Source of the DNA: a virus | Taxonomy: Duplodnaviria; Caudoviricetes | Strand: one strand, 5' to 3' | Virus record (IMG/VR): IMGVR_UViG_3300033076_001139 | Location: 87,106 to 151,105 of that record | Length of the DNA: 64,000 nucleotides | Shown here: in pieces, positions 62,968-64,000 of the stretch | Layout of the letters: the number at the start of each line of letters is the position of its first letter | Numbering within the stretch: the first letter of the stretch is position 1 | The notes under the pieces: model-generated | What the model was told of the DNA's origin: nothing | Databases searched by the model: none | What the model saw: the letters and a program-made list of their open reading frames with translations, nothing else | Program-made: the position numbers and the translations under genes

Positions 62968-63801
62968 ATGTCAATTTTCGATACACTGGTTGAGTCGGGC
63001 GTTACCCAGGAAGACCTGGAGAAGGCCGCATCTGCACGTCTTTTCGCCGAGGCGGCTGCCGCTGAGGGCATCGATCTCTCAGAGCTGACCGAGGATCAGG
63101 CTGAGGAGCTGTACGACTTCTGGGCCAACGGCGGCGAGGAGGCCGAGAAGGCCGCTTCTGCTGAGGACCTTCTTGCGGAGGCCGCTGTCAAGGAGGCGGG
63201 AGCCAAGCTCGCCGAGGCCGAGTACATCGGCCGCTACATGGCGCGCGTTTACGTCGACGAGATGGACAAGATCGCCAAGAAGGAGGGCCCCCCGGGCGCT
63301 CTCCGTTCGATGTACGAGGGCGCCAAGGACGAGGGTAAGTCACTCGGAAACCGCGCTAGCTCCGCTGCGGGTGAGGCCTACGATAAGGCCCATGCTGGCG
63401 CAACTCGCGAGAACCTCGCGGCCCGTATGAGCCGGGCAGGCGCTGCCATCAAGGGCATGACTGGCTACTCGGACATCAAGGGCGGACTGGCCGACCTTAA
63501 GGCCCTCCGGGACCCCAAGATGCGTAAGGGCCTCAAGGCCAAGGACGTCGCAGAGCTTCGTACGGCGGCACATCGCCAGCTCGGTAAGGGCGGTCTCCGT
63601 GCCGGCCTCACTGCGGGCGCCCTTGGCGGTACTGGCTACCTTGCCCACAAGGCGATGTCGCACAAGAAGGAGTCGGCTTTCGACACCGTCGTTGAGCAGC
63701 GCGCCATGGAGATCCTCGAGGCCCTCCAGGAGCCCTCGTTCGATGAGGCGGTTGACGAGGCGGCTCTCGACCTCCTCCGCGCGAACGGCTACGACGTCTG
63801 A
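62968..63801 (+). CDS. Scaffold-like / internal head protein
   Basis: Acidic Ala/Glu-rich helical termini, EKAAS twice, 'YVDEMDKIA', basic middle and a Gly-zipper. Strong SD AGGAG and highly biased codons. Directly after the protease. Confidence 0.55.
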   Translation: MSIFDTLVESGVTQEDLEKAASARLFAEAAAAEGIDLSELTEDQAEELYDFWANGGEEAEKAASAEDLLAEAAVKEAGAKLAEAEYIGRYMARVYVDEMDKIAKKEGPPGALRSMYEGAKDEGKSLGNRASSAAGEAYDKAHAGATRENLAARMSRAGAAIKGMTGYSDIKGGLADLKALRDPKMRKGLKAKDVAELRTAAHRQLGKGGLRAGLTAGALGGTGYLAHKAMSHKKESAFDTVVEQRAMEILEALQEPSFDEAVDEAALDLLRANGYDV

Positions 63802-63809
63802 GGTAAATA

Positions 63810-64000
63810 GTGCCTGCTTGGATCCACAATCGCGCTGAGCGCATCCTTCGGAAAAACCCGAACATGGATGAAGGCGAAGCTTTTGCGATTGCAACCCAGC
63901 AGGCACATGCCCTAGGCAAGTCACCTAAAGGGTACGGTACTTCGGAGGGCCGCGCAGAAGCCCACCGTAAGTACCGTACCCCGCAGGATGACCAGAAGAC
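63810..64000 (+). CDS. Hypothetical protein (3'-truncated, ChaB-like 'EGEAFAIA' segment; not in ORF track)
   Basis: GTG 63810 after SD GAGG: MPAWIHNRAERILRKNPNMDEGEAFAIATQQAHALGK..., open to the window end. Confidence 0.6.
   Translation, partial: MPAWIHNRAERILRKNPNMDEGEAFAIATQQAHALGKSPKGYGTSEGRAEAHRKYRTPQDDQK

Noticed and set aside
1-64000. Stop-codon reassignment, tRNA genes, integrase/att sites, DGR or retron elements
   Set aside because: Genes tile densely under the standard code with all three stops in use. I saw no cloverleaf, recombinase or reverse-transcriptase motifs by eye. A tRNA/covariance scan was not run.

Overview
This 64 kb window is part of a large, GC-rich tailed dsDNA phage genome, probably a myovirus. 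It uses the standard code, and I saw no tRNA, rRNA, CRISPR array or integrase. 1-19.95 kb (+): tail/baseplate module with a gp25-like wedge protein, a 2106-aa baseplate-J-like protein, two further giant beta-rich tail proteins, a holin-like protein and a GNAT acetyltransferase. 19.98-35.5 kb (-): one tightly coupled replication/recombination operon with an SF2 helicase, family-4 UDG, DnaB, primase, Zn-rich SSB-like protein, PolA, HU, RecA, two resolvase-like nucleases and a Cas4-like nuclease. 35.6-64 kb (mostly +): head/packaging region with portal, terminase, an HK97-type prohead protease and many K-x-A-[S/A]-motif proteins, interrupted by short minus-strand islands that include RNase HII and an HTH regulator. 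Embedded among the virion genes is a 2066-aa single-chain beta-beta' RNA polymerase with a NADHDGD catalytic loop and no N-terminal beta' zinc-binding domain. The most notable candidate system is a two-promoter-class programme. Minus-strand units start at a nGnCATAA[G/T] motif followed within a few bases by a hairpin. Plus-strand virion genes, including the RNAP itself, carry TAnnnT -10 elements, three of them exactly 6 nt before the start codon (leaderless). A second candidate system is a shared [A/S]F-x-x-E-L-x-K-x-A / K-x-A-S sorting or processing signal on head proteins that carry glycine-zipper segments. All product calls come from motif recognition by eye, not from database searches.
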